A stretch of 64,000 nt of DNA from Lachnospiraceae bacterium (GTDB lineage Bacteria > Bacillota > Clostridia > Lachnospirales > Lachnospiraceae), in contig JBGZHY010000111.1 of NCBI GenBank assembly GCA_041848045.1, positions 4,327-68,326 of the forward strand, written 5' to 3'. The stretch's first letter is position 1, and each line of letters begins with the position of its first letter. The notes beneath the pieces are model-generated. The model had not been told where the DNA came from and ran no database searches. It saw only the letters and a list, made by a program, of their open reading frames with translations. This document shows positions 37,522-46,256 of the stretch, piece after piece. Made by a program: the position numbers and the translations under genes.

Positions 37522-37917
37522 ATTTCTAAGGGAAACAAGGGAGGAAATTTCTGTTTCGGAAATAAAAATGCAAGGATTCAGGTAAACCGATTTCACATTT
37601 CTGTGGGAGGGTTGAAGATAAAAAACACGAAGTTGCGAAAAAATTCCTATTTTATCATGCATTTTTTGTCTTATCTTTGGTGAAAAAATGATAAAATTAA
37701 ATTGTATATAATGGAAAGCAGGTCAAGATGATGAAAGTTAAGGGAATCTTAACTTGTGTGTATACTTATAAAGATAAATGGTTTAAAATTTATGTTGAAA
37801 GAATACCTATTTTTGCGCTTTGGGGATGTGTTCACGGGATATTTAAACAAAATTTACTTTGTTCATATCTGCGGAGGGCAAGGAAGGAACTGTCAAATAT
37901 TTTTAGAGAGGTGCAAG

Positions 37918-39525
37918 ATGAAAGGGAATTTTGTTAGAGTGTTACTCGCAGCTTCCGCGTTTGCTGCTGTCACAACAGTGCCAGTTTTTGCCGCTACTTG
38001 GCAGGAAACGGACGGGAAGTGGCAGTATGTGGACGCAAACGGCAATGCTGTGAGTGCGCGCTGGGTTCACACCGATACGGCAAGCTATTATATCGGTGAC
38101 AACGGCTTCATGGTGACGGATACTTTGCTGTATATCAACGAAGATTATTACTGTGTAGATGCAAGCGGTGCCATGGTAAAGAACGAGTGGAGACAGTTTA
38201 CGGACGAGCTGGGTGAAAGCAGCTGGTATTATTTCGGGGCGGACGGCAAAGCTTTCCGCAACAAAACCAACAAGCTGACGCCAAAGACGGTAGGTGAGCA
38301 CAAATACGGTTTCTCAACGGATGCCAAGATGCTGACGGGCTTTGTGGGAGAGGACGGAGAAGTTCTGCTCAGCACGGATGCGTACAGCTTCTTAAGTGCA
38401 AAGTATTACTTCAATGCGGAGGGTGTGATGCATGTCTCTCAGTGGCTGGAGGTAAGCACCATGCTGGAGCCGGACATGCGTTCCCAGTTGGGCATGAAGG
38501 ATTACTCCAATTACGCGCAGATGTGGATGTACTTTGATGAGAACGGCAAGCTGGTAAAGGCAAAGGATGATTCCAAAGCAAAGGTAATGACCATCAACGG
38601 TAAAGATTATGCCTTTGATGAAAACGGTATTATGATGCCGGGCTTTTCTTTGAACAATGCAACGGTATCCATTGTCAATACGGCAACCTCTTCCAATGCC
38701 ATCCGTGTGGCGGAGGATGATATGGACGGTGCTCTGATTAAGAACAGGTGGACCTGGGCGGTACCGACCAACATCATGGATGAGGAGGAGTTTGACGACC
38801 AGGAATACAGCTGGTGGAGAAGCGATGCTACAGGTAAGCTGATTAAGAACGGCATTCACACCGTAAACGGCAGGAAGTACGCTTTTGACAAAATGGGGCG
38901 TATGGAAACCGGCTTCGTGATTATGCTGGAGAACGGCAAGTTTGGTATCCAGTATGATATGGACGAGTGGAACAGAGCAGACTTTTTGCATCCTTTAAGT
39001 GACAGCGTAATACCGGGACTGGATAGAGGAAATCTTTACGTATTCAATGCCGATGAGTTTAATGACGGCTCCCTGATGCACAGCGGTGAGTTCAAGGTGG
39101 TGTTAAATGACGAAGAAGTAATCTTCGGCGCAGGAACAAGCGGAAGGGTATACGGAAATAAGGGAACGCTGCAGAAGGTAAAGCGCAAGTATTACTACAA
39201 CGGTATGCGCCTGGATGCTAACGATGACTTGGCTTACGGTGTGATCGACACCAATACTTCCGCCAATGTTACGGATTATGTAGTGGTGGATACGGAAGGT
39301 CAGATCATCAAGGGCAAGAGAGTGGTGCAGGACGGCGAGGGCTACTGGATTGTGATTCAAAACGGTAAGTTCGTTGCAAGATTGGGTGATGCGGACAAAC
39401 CTAGATGGTACAAGGGGAGATACTGGAGATATGACAGCAGCTTAAAGGGAACAGCCAGATACGTAAGCCCTGTCGTATATTCCGTTGACAATATCGAAGG
39501 CGATTTTGTTGTTTTCGAGCATTAA
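37918..39525 (+). CDS. secreted cell-wall-binding-repeat protein (535 aa)
   Basis: ATG 37918 after AGAGAGGTG (track ORF starts at 37756). Signal peptide MKGNFVRVLLAASAFAAVTTVPVFA. Repeats of the type GKWQYVDANGNAV, SYYIGDNGFMV, YYCVDASGAMVKNEW, SWYYFGADGKAF, KYAFDKMGRMETG. Confidence 0.8.
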   Translation: MKGNFVRVLLAASAFAAVTTVPVFAATWQETDGKWQYVDANGNAVSARWVHTDTASYYIGDNGFMVTDTLLYINEDYYCVDASGAMVKNEWRQFTDELGESSWYYFGADGKAFRNKTNKLTPKTVGEHKYGFSTDAKMLTGFVGEDGEVLLSTDAYSFLSAKYYFNAEGVMHVSQWLEVSTMLEPDMRSQLGMKDYSNYAQMWMYFDENGKLVKAKDDSKAKVMTINGKDYAFDENGIMMPGFSLNNATVSIVNTATSSNAIRVAEDDMDGALIKNRWTWAVPTNIMDEEEFDDQEYSWWRSDATGKLIKNGIHTVNGRKYAFDKMGRMETGFVIMLENGKFGIQYDMDEWNRADFLHPLSDSVIPGLDRGNLYVFNADEFNDGSLMHSGEFKVVLNDEEVIFGAGTSGRVYGNKGTLQKVKRKYYYNGMRLDANDDLAYGVIDTNTSANVTDYVVVDTEGQIIKGKRVVQDGEGYWIVIQNGKFVARLGDADKPRWYKGRYWRYDSSLKGTARYVSPVVYSVDNIEGDFVVFEH

Positions 39526-39546
39526 ATGTTAGGAGTGTAATAGTAT

Positions 39547-42500
39547 ATGAGAAGAAAGATTTTGGGGGTAAAGAGAGCGGCGGCAGCCCTGCTGACTTGC
39601 GCAATGGTCTTGCAGGCGCCTTTCGCCGTTTTGGCAGGTCCGGATACGAATCCTTACCGTACGGTATTGGAAAGCGATACGGGCTTGATTGACGGTCAGC
39701 CGGGAGAGGGTATGGCGCATAAGCACTACTACGGCGGTACCTACAGCGACAACACGACCCAGGCGCCGGCATCTGTGGGAAGGCTTCAGGTTGCGGCTTC
39801 CTACGGCAACGGCAATACCACAGCCTATAAGTTCGGCTGGATAAGGCAAGGATCTTCCGGAAGTTTCCTGGGCTGGAAGTTTGACTTTAACGGCATCATT
39901 GACAAAACGGTTCTAAGTACGGAGCCGACGCAGGAAACGGAGGAGGCTTATTATATCTCCGATCAGGGAAAGCAAGGCGCCTTATCCATTACGTATCCGT
40001 CCAGTGACCCGCAGGGCTTTAACACCACCCTGGGCTACGGGGTGAGACAGGGTACGGCTCAGGGCGGCAACAGCAATCAGCCGGCGAGCACCATCGACAT
40101 GGCGGTATCCACCAAGCAGATGGGTACCCTGCAGACCAAGCGTTCCGCCTATAGCGGATCGACCACCTTTTATCCGGAAATGGACGGAGAGTGGCGTAAC
40201 GGCGAGGCCATCAAGGTCTATGATAACGGTCAGGATATGAAGCTGGAGGTAAGGCTTTCCGTTAAGCCAAGCCCGGATAAAAAGTATATTTTGACGGAAT
40301 ACACCGTATACAACGCAAATACAAATGTAAGTGAAACCAATCCTAAGATTGTGGATGCGGGACGAACAGACGGGGGACGTACGGTATGGTTCTCTGCAGG
40401 AACGGACATCATGATTGCACAGGATGACGGCGCAGCGGTCTGGTCCACGGAAAAGACCGGTACGGGAAACAAAATAGAGGGTCTGCACGGACAGTCCAAT
40501 AACGGGGCGACCTATACCCTGGGCTCCTTTGACCTCTTAACCTACCACCCGCAGATGAGTCTGGGTATCCAAAAAAGAGATGCCTCCGACCCTTCCAAGC
40601 TGACCACTTGGGTAGGGCATTATAGAGACTTTACTCAGAATTATTATACGGACTTACCGGCGACATCCTATATGCCGAATGGAACCAATAATGCACTGGA
40701 TTCCGGTCTGGCGTATTCCATGCGCTTTGACCTCCTTCCGGGAGAAACCAAGACCGGTACCTTTGCCTGGTCTATGAAGGGGCCGACCTACTATGTGGAT
40801 CCGGTAAACGGAAATGACAGCAGCGGCAACGGTCACATGGGTAATCCATATAAGAGCATTAAGCAGGCATTGCAGACCATCGGCAACAGAACGCCGGAAA
40901 TCGTCTTCATCAATGTCATGGGAGATATTGAGGTGGCTGAAACCCTGACGATACCGGCAGGAAAGGATATTACCATTTCCACCACGGACTATGTCAAGGA
41001 TCCTTCCTCCAATTCAAAGGTAGCGGCATATCCGATTCTTCTGGATAGCAACAATGTAAGAAGCAATCAGGTCAGCATTAAGAGAGCGGCAGGCTTTAAC
41101 GGGGATATGTTTAAGCTTGGCAACGCAAGTTCCGCTCTGCGTCTGACGGACATCATCTTAGACGGTAGCGCCAACGATACCACGACCGGCGCTCTGGTAA
41201 ACGCTACGGCAGGTTTGGTGGATTTACAGACCGGTGCCGTATTAAAGAATAACAAGATTAACAAGCTTCCGGAGAGCTTTACGGATACTAACGGCAACGG
41301 ACAGTATGATGCGGGCGAGAGCTTTACGGATACCAACGGTAACGGCGCCTGGGACGATTTTGCCTTTGCGGCATCCGCCGTAGAAATCAGCGGTACGGCG
41401 AACTTCTCCATGTCTACCGGCGGTGAGATTACCGGCAATACCTCTTATCAGGGTGCGGCGGTAAGAAAGCAGGGTACAGGAAGCTTTACCTTGGGCGACT
41501 CCAGAAACTCTGAAAGCCAGGAGGTTCCGGTGCTGATTCACAACAATGTGAATGCCACCGGCGGCAAGGCAAATACCCAGCTGGCGGTAACAAAGTCTGA
41601 AGCAGGTGTGGTTACAGGAGCGGAAAATAAGATTAAGGTGTTGAGCGGCTTGACCTCTTATTCCAACATCGGTATCGGAACCATGTCCTCACCGGAAAAG
41701 CAGACTGTGCCGATTCCGGTAGTGGAATATGCAAGCGGTTTATCCGTGATTCCGTATTCCGTAACCAATTTCCCGGCAGACAAGGCTCCGGGTCAGTGGA
41801 CAGAAGGCGATACAAGAGAGTATATTGATTTGTATGCCAGCGAATATGCTTATAAGGTAGATTATGTCAGAGCGGATAACGGCGCGAGCCTGGCAAGCTC
41901 CGACAGTGCAAGATATGTGGTAGGTAAGCCGATCAGTGTGGCACCGAAGGATTTGACGGCTCAGGGCTATATCTACTCCACCCAGGAAATCACACCGGCT
42001 AACCACGGTCTGTCCGTGGATACCCAGGGCAGAATCCAGGGCTATATGCCGAGTGATAACCTGAATATTATTTACAAATATGTGAAGAATGCGGGAATTG
42101 CCAAATTCTTTAAAAATGACGGCAGCGGAACGGTGACGGAAGTGGTTTCCGCAGCGGGAGCAGTGCCGACGGCATCCCTGCCGGCAGCCAGCAGAACGGG
42201 ATATACCCTCAGAGGCTGGTATGAGATGACAGATGTGAACGGGGACGGCAACTATACGGCGGGAACGGATACCCTGGCAGCTACACCGATTACGGAGAGC
42301 CAGTGGAGCACTACGCCGGTGCAGCTGGGAACCAAGTACTATGTGGCACAGTGGGATATAGCACCGGATACTTATCTATACGATGTGAAGTACCAGAACA
42401 ACAACAGTTCCATGCCGATTACCTTTAAATCAGAGGTGCTGAACAAGCGTTATTTGGACAGCCTGACGGCAGCGCCGATTACGGTTCCGGGTTATGTAAG

Positions 42501-45500
42501 ACTGACCCAGTCCGTTATTCCAAGGAGTGCAGGAACCTTCACGAGCGGTACTTTTACAGGCACTATGCCGATGGGCGCGGTAAATGTATTGTATAAGTAC
42601 AAAGTAGACCCGGCAACCAGATTTACCTTCAAGGTAGAGCATGTGGACGGCAGCGGCGCAGACGTAGATACCGCAAGAACCGTTTTAAGACCGGCGGAAA
42701 CCCGTGTAACGGCAGAGCCGATGAACTCTATTGCCTATACCCTGCAGAGCAAGAGCATTGTGCTGGGTGATACGGCAACGGCACCGATTATGAAGATTTC
42801 CGATATGGTGCCTACAGGAGAAACCGTAGGCTTTGACGCGGATGGCAGGTTTGTGGGTTATATGCCGAATCAGGATGTAACCGTTCGCTATGTATACAGA
42901 CCTTCTTCCGACTATTATGTAGTACAGAAGTTTATCGATACGACAAATAATGAAAGAATCGGCAATGTAGAGGCTCATCGCTTCAATATCGGTGACAACA
43001 TCAACCTGCCGTTTGCCGGAAAGTACGGTTATACCTTCGGTTCCGGAACGGTAGATAAGCCGGCAGCGGGAAGCTTCAGCGGCTCAAGCTTTACCGGTAC
43101 CATGATTGGCAGCAATGTGAATCTGACTTATAACTTAAACAGAGATCCTGCTTTCTGGAAGACGGTGAACTATCAGGTAGCGGCGGCGCCTTATGATAAG
43201 GGAAGCGTAAGCGGCGTAACAAGCGCAAGCTTCTTGAAAAATGACGGCAGCACGGAGGGACAGGCACAGGCTCATACCTTTGCAAAGATCAAAGAGCTTG
43301 GCAATGTGGCGACAGCTACCGCAAACCCTGCGCCATACTATAAGTTTGACGGCTGGTATAAGGATGCGGCAGGAACGGTTCGGGTAACGGATGATATGAC
43401 CTTCGACGCAGACGTGACCCTGTATGCAAAATTCGTAGAGGATCCGGCTTACTGGATAGATATTCATTTTGCGGAAAATGCACACGGAAGCGTAACGGGC
43501 GCAAGAAGCCTGCATACCTATTATGACCACACCTGGGGCAATATTACGGCACCGGCAGTTACACCGGAGGTAAACTACCTCTTCGATAAGTGGACGGTGG
43601 ACGGAGCAAATGTAAGCAGCTCCACAGCTTTGGAGAACGGAAAGACCTATTATGCAAACTTCAAGAAGGACCCTGCAGTTTGGGGTACGGAAGTGGGACA
43701 TGCAAACCCTGTAGGCAGCTTGATGGATAACGGTAAGGGCCAGATCAAGGTGAACGGCGTATACGCAGGTAACGTATATGTGGTAACAGACTTGGACGGC
43801 ACGGTAATCGATGTGATTCAGGCGCCGGCAGACGGCAGTATCAACTTTACGGATTTGTATCCGGGAACACGTTATAACGTATATGAAGGAACACCGGATA
43901 CTACGGTTGCCAAGGGAGCAAATATTTCCACGGCAACGGGAACACAGATCAGCGCACCGAAGGAGGTTTTGATTCCGGCGGTGGGCAGCAACTACAATGT
44001 AGGCTATGACCCGAGCAACGACGGAAAGGTACAGATCGTTGTTAATCCGGCAGATCCGGATTCCGATTATGCCTTGATTGACGAAAACGGCAATGTGGTA
44101 CCGTATACCGACTCTGATAACGGCTGGAAGCATGCAACGGATCCGAGCAATCCAAGAGTAGTCTTTGACAACCTTGATCCGAATGCAACCTATACCGTAG
44201 TGGCAAGAAAGAAGGGTGATACCACAAAGGCACCGCATGATAAGCTGCCGGAGGGTACAGCCATCATCGCAAACCCTGGCGATGAGTTTGAAGTTCCGAA
44301 GTATATTGTAGAAACCAAGGGCGGTATTGTAGAGGCGGTAGGCGATGTGACAGTCGGCACCGGTAGATATACCGAAGCCAAGAGAGGCGAACTGGTTAAG
44401 ATTCATGCAGAAGCGACGGATGCAAACGGCAATGCCTTCAAGTATTGGATTGTGATGAACGGACAGAACAGTGCCGTGGTAGGACGTATTCCTAGCCAGG
44501 ATTTCCAGTTCACGATGGAAGCTAGTAACATTGTATTAAAGGCAGTTTATGAAAGAGCCGCAACACAGCCGTCTACGGCAATCGTGGAGGAGGAAATCAG
44601 AGGCGGAAACGCAGGCGATTTCGCCTTGAATCCGGATACGATTGCACGTTTGGAAAGCGAGCTGACTACAGATGCCGACAGAACCTTGATGGATGTCAAC
44701 GGCGCAGATGTAAGGTATAAGCTGGTATTCAATAAGCGTGAGGCAAGCGGAGCGGAAAAAACAGCGGTGAAGGCGGTGTCCGAATCCGGCTTGAATCATG
44801 AGGATGCACATACGGCGGCATGGGCATTGGATATTTTTGCCGAGCGCTATGTAGACGGAAGACTGGTGGCAAGAGCGACGGCCTCCGATGCGGCAGTGGC
44901 GGCAGTGGTACAGTTGAATGCAAAAGACCTTGATATGCTGGATTATGAGCTGTTTGACGTAACGGACAGCCTTGTACCGCCGATATATACGGCGCCGGAT
45001 TACAATCCGGAGGAAACCGCAGGCCTGTTCGAGTTTGACGGTAATGTAAACCACAGCTATGTTTTGGTATACTCCAAGGCCTTCAAGCTGAGCTTTGTAG
45101 ATAACAACCCTGTATTGGATCATTTGCATCTGAATGATTTGAGCAGAAACTTCTTTAAGAAGATTAAGATCAGAAGAAATGAAGCCGTGACAGATGCGGA
45201 TTACAGCTTCAGCTATGCGGATGTCCTTGCTTATGCGGACGGGGCAACACCGGTGGCTTTGGTAACGCCGTTTGAGGATATCTACGGAACCCAGTATGAC
45301 TACGTAAACTGGAGCACCAAAAATATGCCGACAGACATCGCGGTATTTAATCTGGATACCCAGATTAAGAAGCATACGGTGGTATACGCATACTATGACA
45401 ACAACAGACCGCAGGTACAGCAGGCAAGAACAGACCTGACAAACCTGATCGGAGAAGCGGAAACCTTTGCGGACGATCCGTTTGTGAAGGCGGCAGATTT

Positions 45501-46239
45501 GGCAGCGCTGCGTACAGAAATTGAAAACGCAAAGGCAGTACTGGCAAAGATGCGGGACGATGCGGCAGGCAACCTAAGACAGGCAAACTATGCAGAGCTG
45601 CAGGCGGCGTTTGACAGCTTAAAGGCTCTCTTAGACAGACTGAAAGCGGAGGCGGACGCAGCGAGAAGCAATTATACCTCAAGAACCGGCGGCGGTTCCG
45701 GCGGTGGCGGCGGTTCTGCGGGAAGAGGTAAAGGAACCACGGCAAGACCTTTGGAAGCAACGGCTGAAAAGACCTTTACCCTGGGTGTAAACGGTACATG
45801 GCAGCAGGATCCGGCAACAGGCAAATACCAATACCTGATTTATGGCGGAATGCCGTTAAACAACACCTGGGGCAAGATTCAGCATGCGGATGAGAGCGGC
45901 AAACTGGTAACCGACTGGTACTTCTTTGACGATAAGTCCAATATGGTAACCGGCTGGTACAGGGATGCAAAGACCAATACCTGGTATTTCTTAAGCACGG
46001 AAGCAGGCAAGAACAACGGTAAGATGCTGATGGGCTGGCTCAAGGATGCCAAGGGTGACTGGTACTTCCTGGATCCTGAAAGCGGCGCAATGCGCAGAGG
46101 CTGGAACCTCATCGGCGATAAGTGGTATTACTTTGCAACAAGCAATACTGCTGACGGCAGAGCGGAAGGTTCCCTGTATGTCAACACCACAACCCCTGAC
46201 GGCTACAAAGTAAATGCCAATGGCGAGTGGGTACAATAG
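39547..46239 (+). CDS. giant secreted modular surface protein (2230 aa)
   Basis: Module order: unknown N-domain, right-handed beta-helix, InlB-B-repeat and MucBP-like modules, FN3-like modules, helical segment, Gly linker, C-terminal cell-wall-binding repeats. Signal peptide ...APFAVLA/GPD. YYVDPVNGNDSSGNG...PYKSIKQAL beta-helix start (~40790). InlB B-repeat match YYKFDGWYKDAAGTVRVTDDMTFDADVTLYAKF. GGGSGGGGGS linker (~45685-45717). GW/WYFL repeats 45772-46236. No LPXTG. Confidence 0.85.
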   Translation: MRRKILGVKRAAAALLTCAMVLQAPFAVLAGPDTNPYRTVLESDTGLIDGQPGEGMAHKHYYGGTYSDNTTQAPASVGRLQVAASYGNGNTTAYKFGWIRQGSSGSFLGWKFDFNGIIDKTVLSTEPTQETEEAYYISDQGKQGALSITYPSSDPQGFNTTLGYGVRQGTAQGGNSNQPASTIDMAVSTKQMGTLQTKRSAYSGSTTFYPEMDGEWRNGEAIKVYDNGQDMKLEVRLSVKPSPDKKYILTEYTVYNANTNVSETNPKIVDAGRTDGGRTVWFSAGTDIMIAQDDGAAVWSTEKTGTGNKIEGLHGQSNNGATYTLGSFDLLTYHPQMSLGIQKRDASDPSKLTTWVGHYRDFTQNYYTDLPATSYMPNGTNNALDSGLAYSMRFDLLPGETKTGTFAWSMKGPTYYVDPVNGNDSSGNGHMGNPYKSIKQALQTIGNRTPEIVFINVMGDIEVAETLTIPAGKDITISTTDYVKDPSSNSKVAAYPILLDSNNVRSNQVSIKRAAGFNGDMFKLGNASSALRLTDIILDGSANDTTTGALVNATAGLVDLQTGAVLKNNKINKLPESFTDTNGNGQYDAGESFTDTNGNGAWDDFAFAASAVEISGTANFSMSTGGEITGNTSYQGAAVRKQGTGSFTLGDSRNSESQEVPVLIHNNVNATGGKANTQLAVTKSEAGVVTGAENKIKVLSGLTSYSNIGIGTMSSPEKQTVPIPVVEYASGLSVIPYSVTNFPADKAPGQWTEGDTREYIDLYASEYAYKVDYVRADNGASLASSDSARYVVGKPISVAPKDLTAQGYIYSTQEITPANHGLSVDTQGRIQGYMPSDNLNIIYKYVKNAGIAKFFKNDGSGTVTEVVSAAGAVPTASLPAASRTGYTLRGWYEMTDVNGDGNYTAGTDTLAATPITESQWSTTPVQLGTKYYVAQWDIAPDTYLYDVKYQNNNSSMPITFKSEVLNKRYLDSLTAAPITVPGYVRLTQSVIPRSAGTFTSGTFTGTMPMGAVNVLYKYKVDPATRFTFKVEHVDGSGADVDTARTVLRPAETRVTAEPMNSIAYTLQSKSIVLGDTATAPIMKISDMVPTGETVGFDADGRFVGYMPNQDVTVRYVYRPSSDYYVVQKFIDTTNNERIGNVEAHRFNIGDNINLPFAGKYGYTFGSGTVDKPAAGSFSGSSFTGTMIGSNVNLTYNLNRDPAFWKTVNYQVAAAPYDKGSVSGVTSASFLKNDGSTEGQAQAHTFAKIKELGNVATATANPAPYYKFDGWYKDAAGTVRVTDDMTFDADVTLYAKFVEDPAYWIDIHFAENAHGSVTGARSLHTYYDHTWGNITAPAVTPEVNYLFDKWTVDGANVSSSTALENGKTYYANFKKDPAVWGTEVGHANPVGSLMDNGKGQIKVNGVYAGNVYVVTDLDGTVIDVIQAPADGSINFTDLYPGTRYNVYEGTPDTTVAKGANISTATGTQISAPKEVLIPAVGSNYNVGYDPSNDGKVQIVVNPADPDSDYALIDENGNVVPYTDSDNGWKHATDPSNPRVVFDNLDPNATYTVVARKKGDTTKAPHDKLPEGTAIIANPGDEFEVPKYIVETKGGIVEAVGDVTVGTGRYTEAKRGELVKIHAEATDANGNAFKYWIVMNGQNSAVVGRIPSQDFQFTMEASNIVLKAVYERAATQPSTAIVEEEIRGGNAGDFALNPDTIARLESELTTDADRTLMDVNGADVRYKLVFNKREASGAEKTAVKAVSESGLNHEDAHTAAWALDIFAERYVDGRLVARATASDAAVAAVVQLNAKDLDMLDYELFDVTDSLVPPIYTAPDYNPEETAGLFEFDGNVNHSYVLVYSKAFKLSFVDNNPVLDHLHLNDLSRNFFKKIKIRRNEAVTDADYSFSYADVLAYADGATPVALVTPFEDIYGTQYDYVNWSTKNMPTDIAVFNLDTQIKKHTVVYAYYDNNRPQVQQARTDLTNLIGEAETFADDPFVKAADLAALRTEIENAKAVLAKMRDDAAGNLRQANYAELQAAFDSLKALLDRLKAEADAARSNYTSRTGGGSGGGGGSAGRGKGTTARPLEATAEKTFTLGVNGTWQQDPATGKYQYLIYGGMPLNNTWGKIQHADESGKLVTDWYFFDDKSNMVTGWYRDAKTNTWYFLSTEAGKNNGKMLMGWLKDAKGDWYFLDPESGAMRRGWNLIGDKWYYFATSNTADGRAEGSLYVNTTTPDGYKVNANGEWVQ
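41272..41361 (+). repeat. tandem 45-nt duplication encoding ESFTDTNGNG(QYDAG/AWDDF), EF-hand-like Ca-binding loops
   Basis: gagagctttacggata..aacgg.aacgg occurs at 41272 and 41317. DTNGNGQYDAGE fits D-x-N-x-N-G-x5-E. Confidence 0.75.
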
Positions 46240-46256
46240 AGTAATAAAGGAAGGCA

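Noticed and set aside
37467-37605. 10-bp inverted repeat CACAGAAATG / CATTTCTGTG flanking ~120 nt upstream of the surface-protein operon; considered as an invertible promoter.
   Set aside because: Only 10 bp, a length expected several times by chance in 64 kb. No recombinase gene nearby. The left arm overlaps the pdxK terminator hairpin.
37725-37917. Long AT-rich leader of the surface-protein operon; considered as a c-di-GMP or other riboswitch.
   Set aside because: I could not find the conserved cores of GEMM-I/II or any other riboswitch class I know. Needs a covariance-model scan (Infernal/Rfam) before any claim.
43135-44406. 423-aa antisense ORF, and others (44536-45375, 46473-47114, 47676-48215, 38392-38991), inside the giant surface-protein genes.
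   Set aside because: Cys/Arg/Ile-rich translations without motifs or RBS. The sense strand encodes continuous, repeat-structured proteins with signal peptides. No evidence for overlapping genes.
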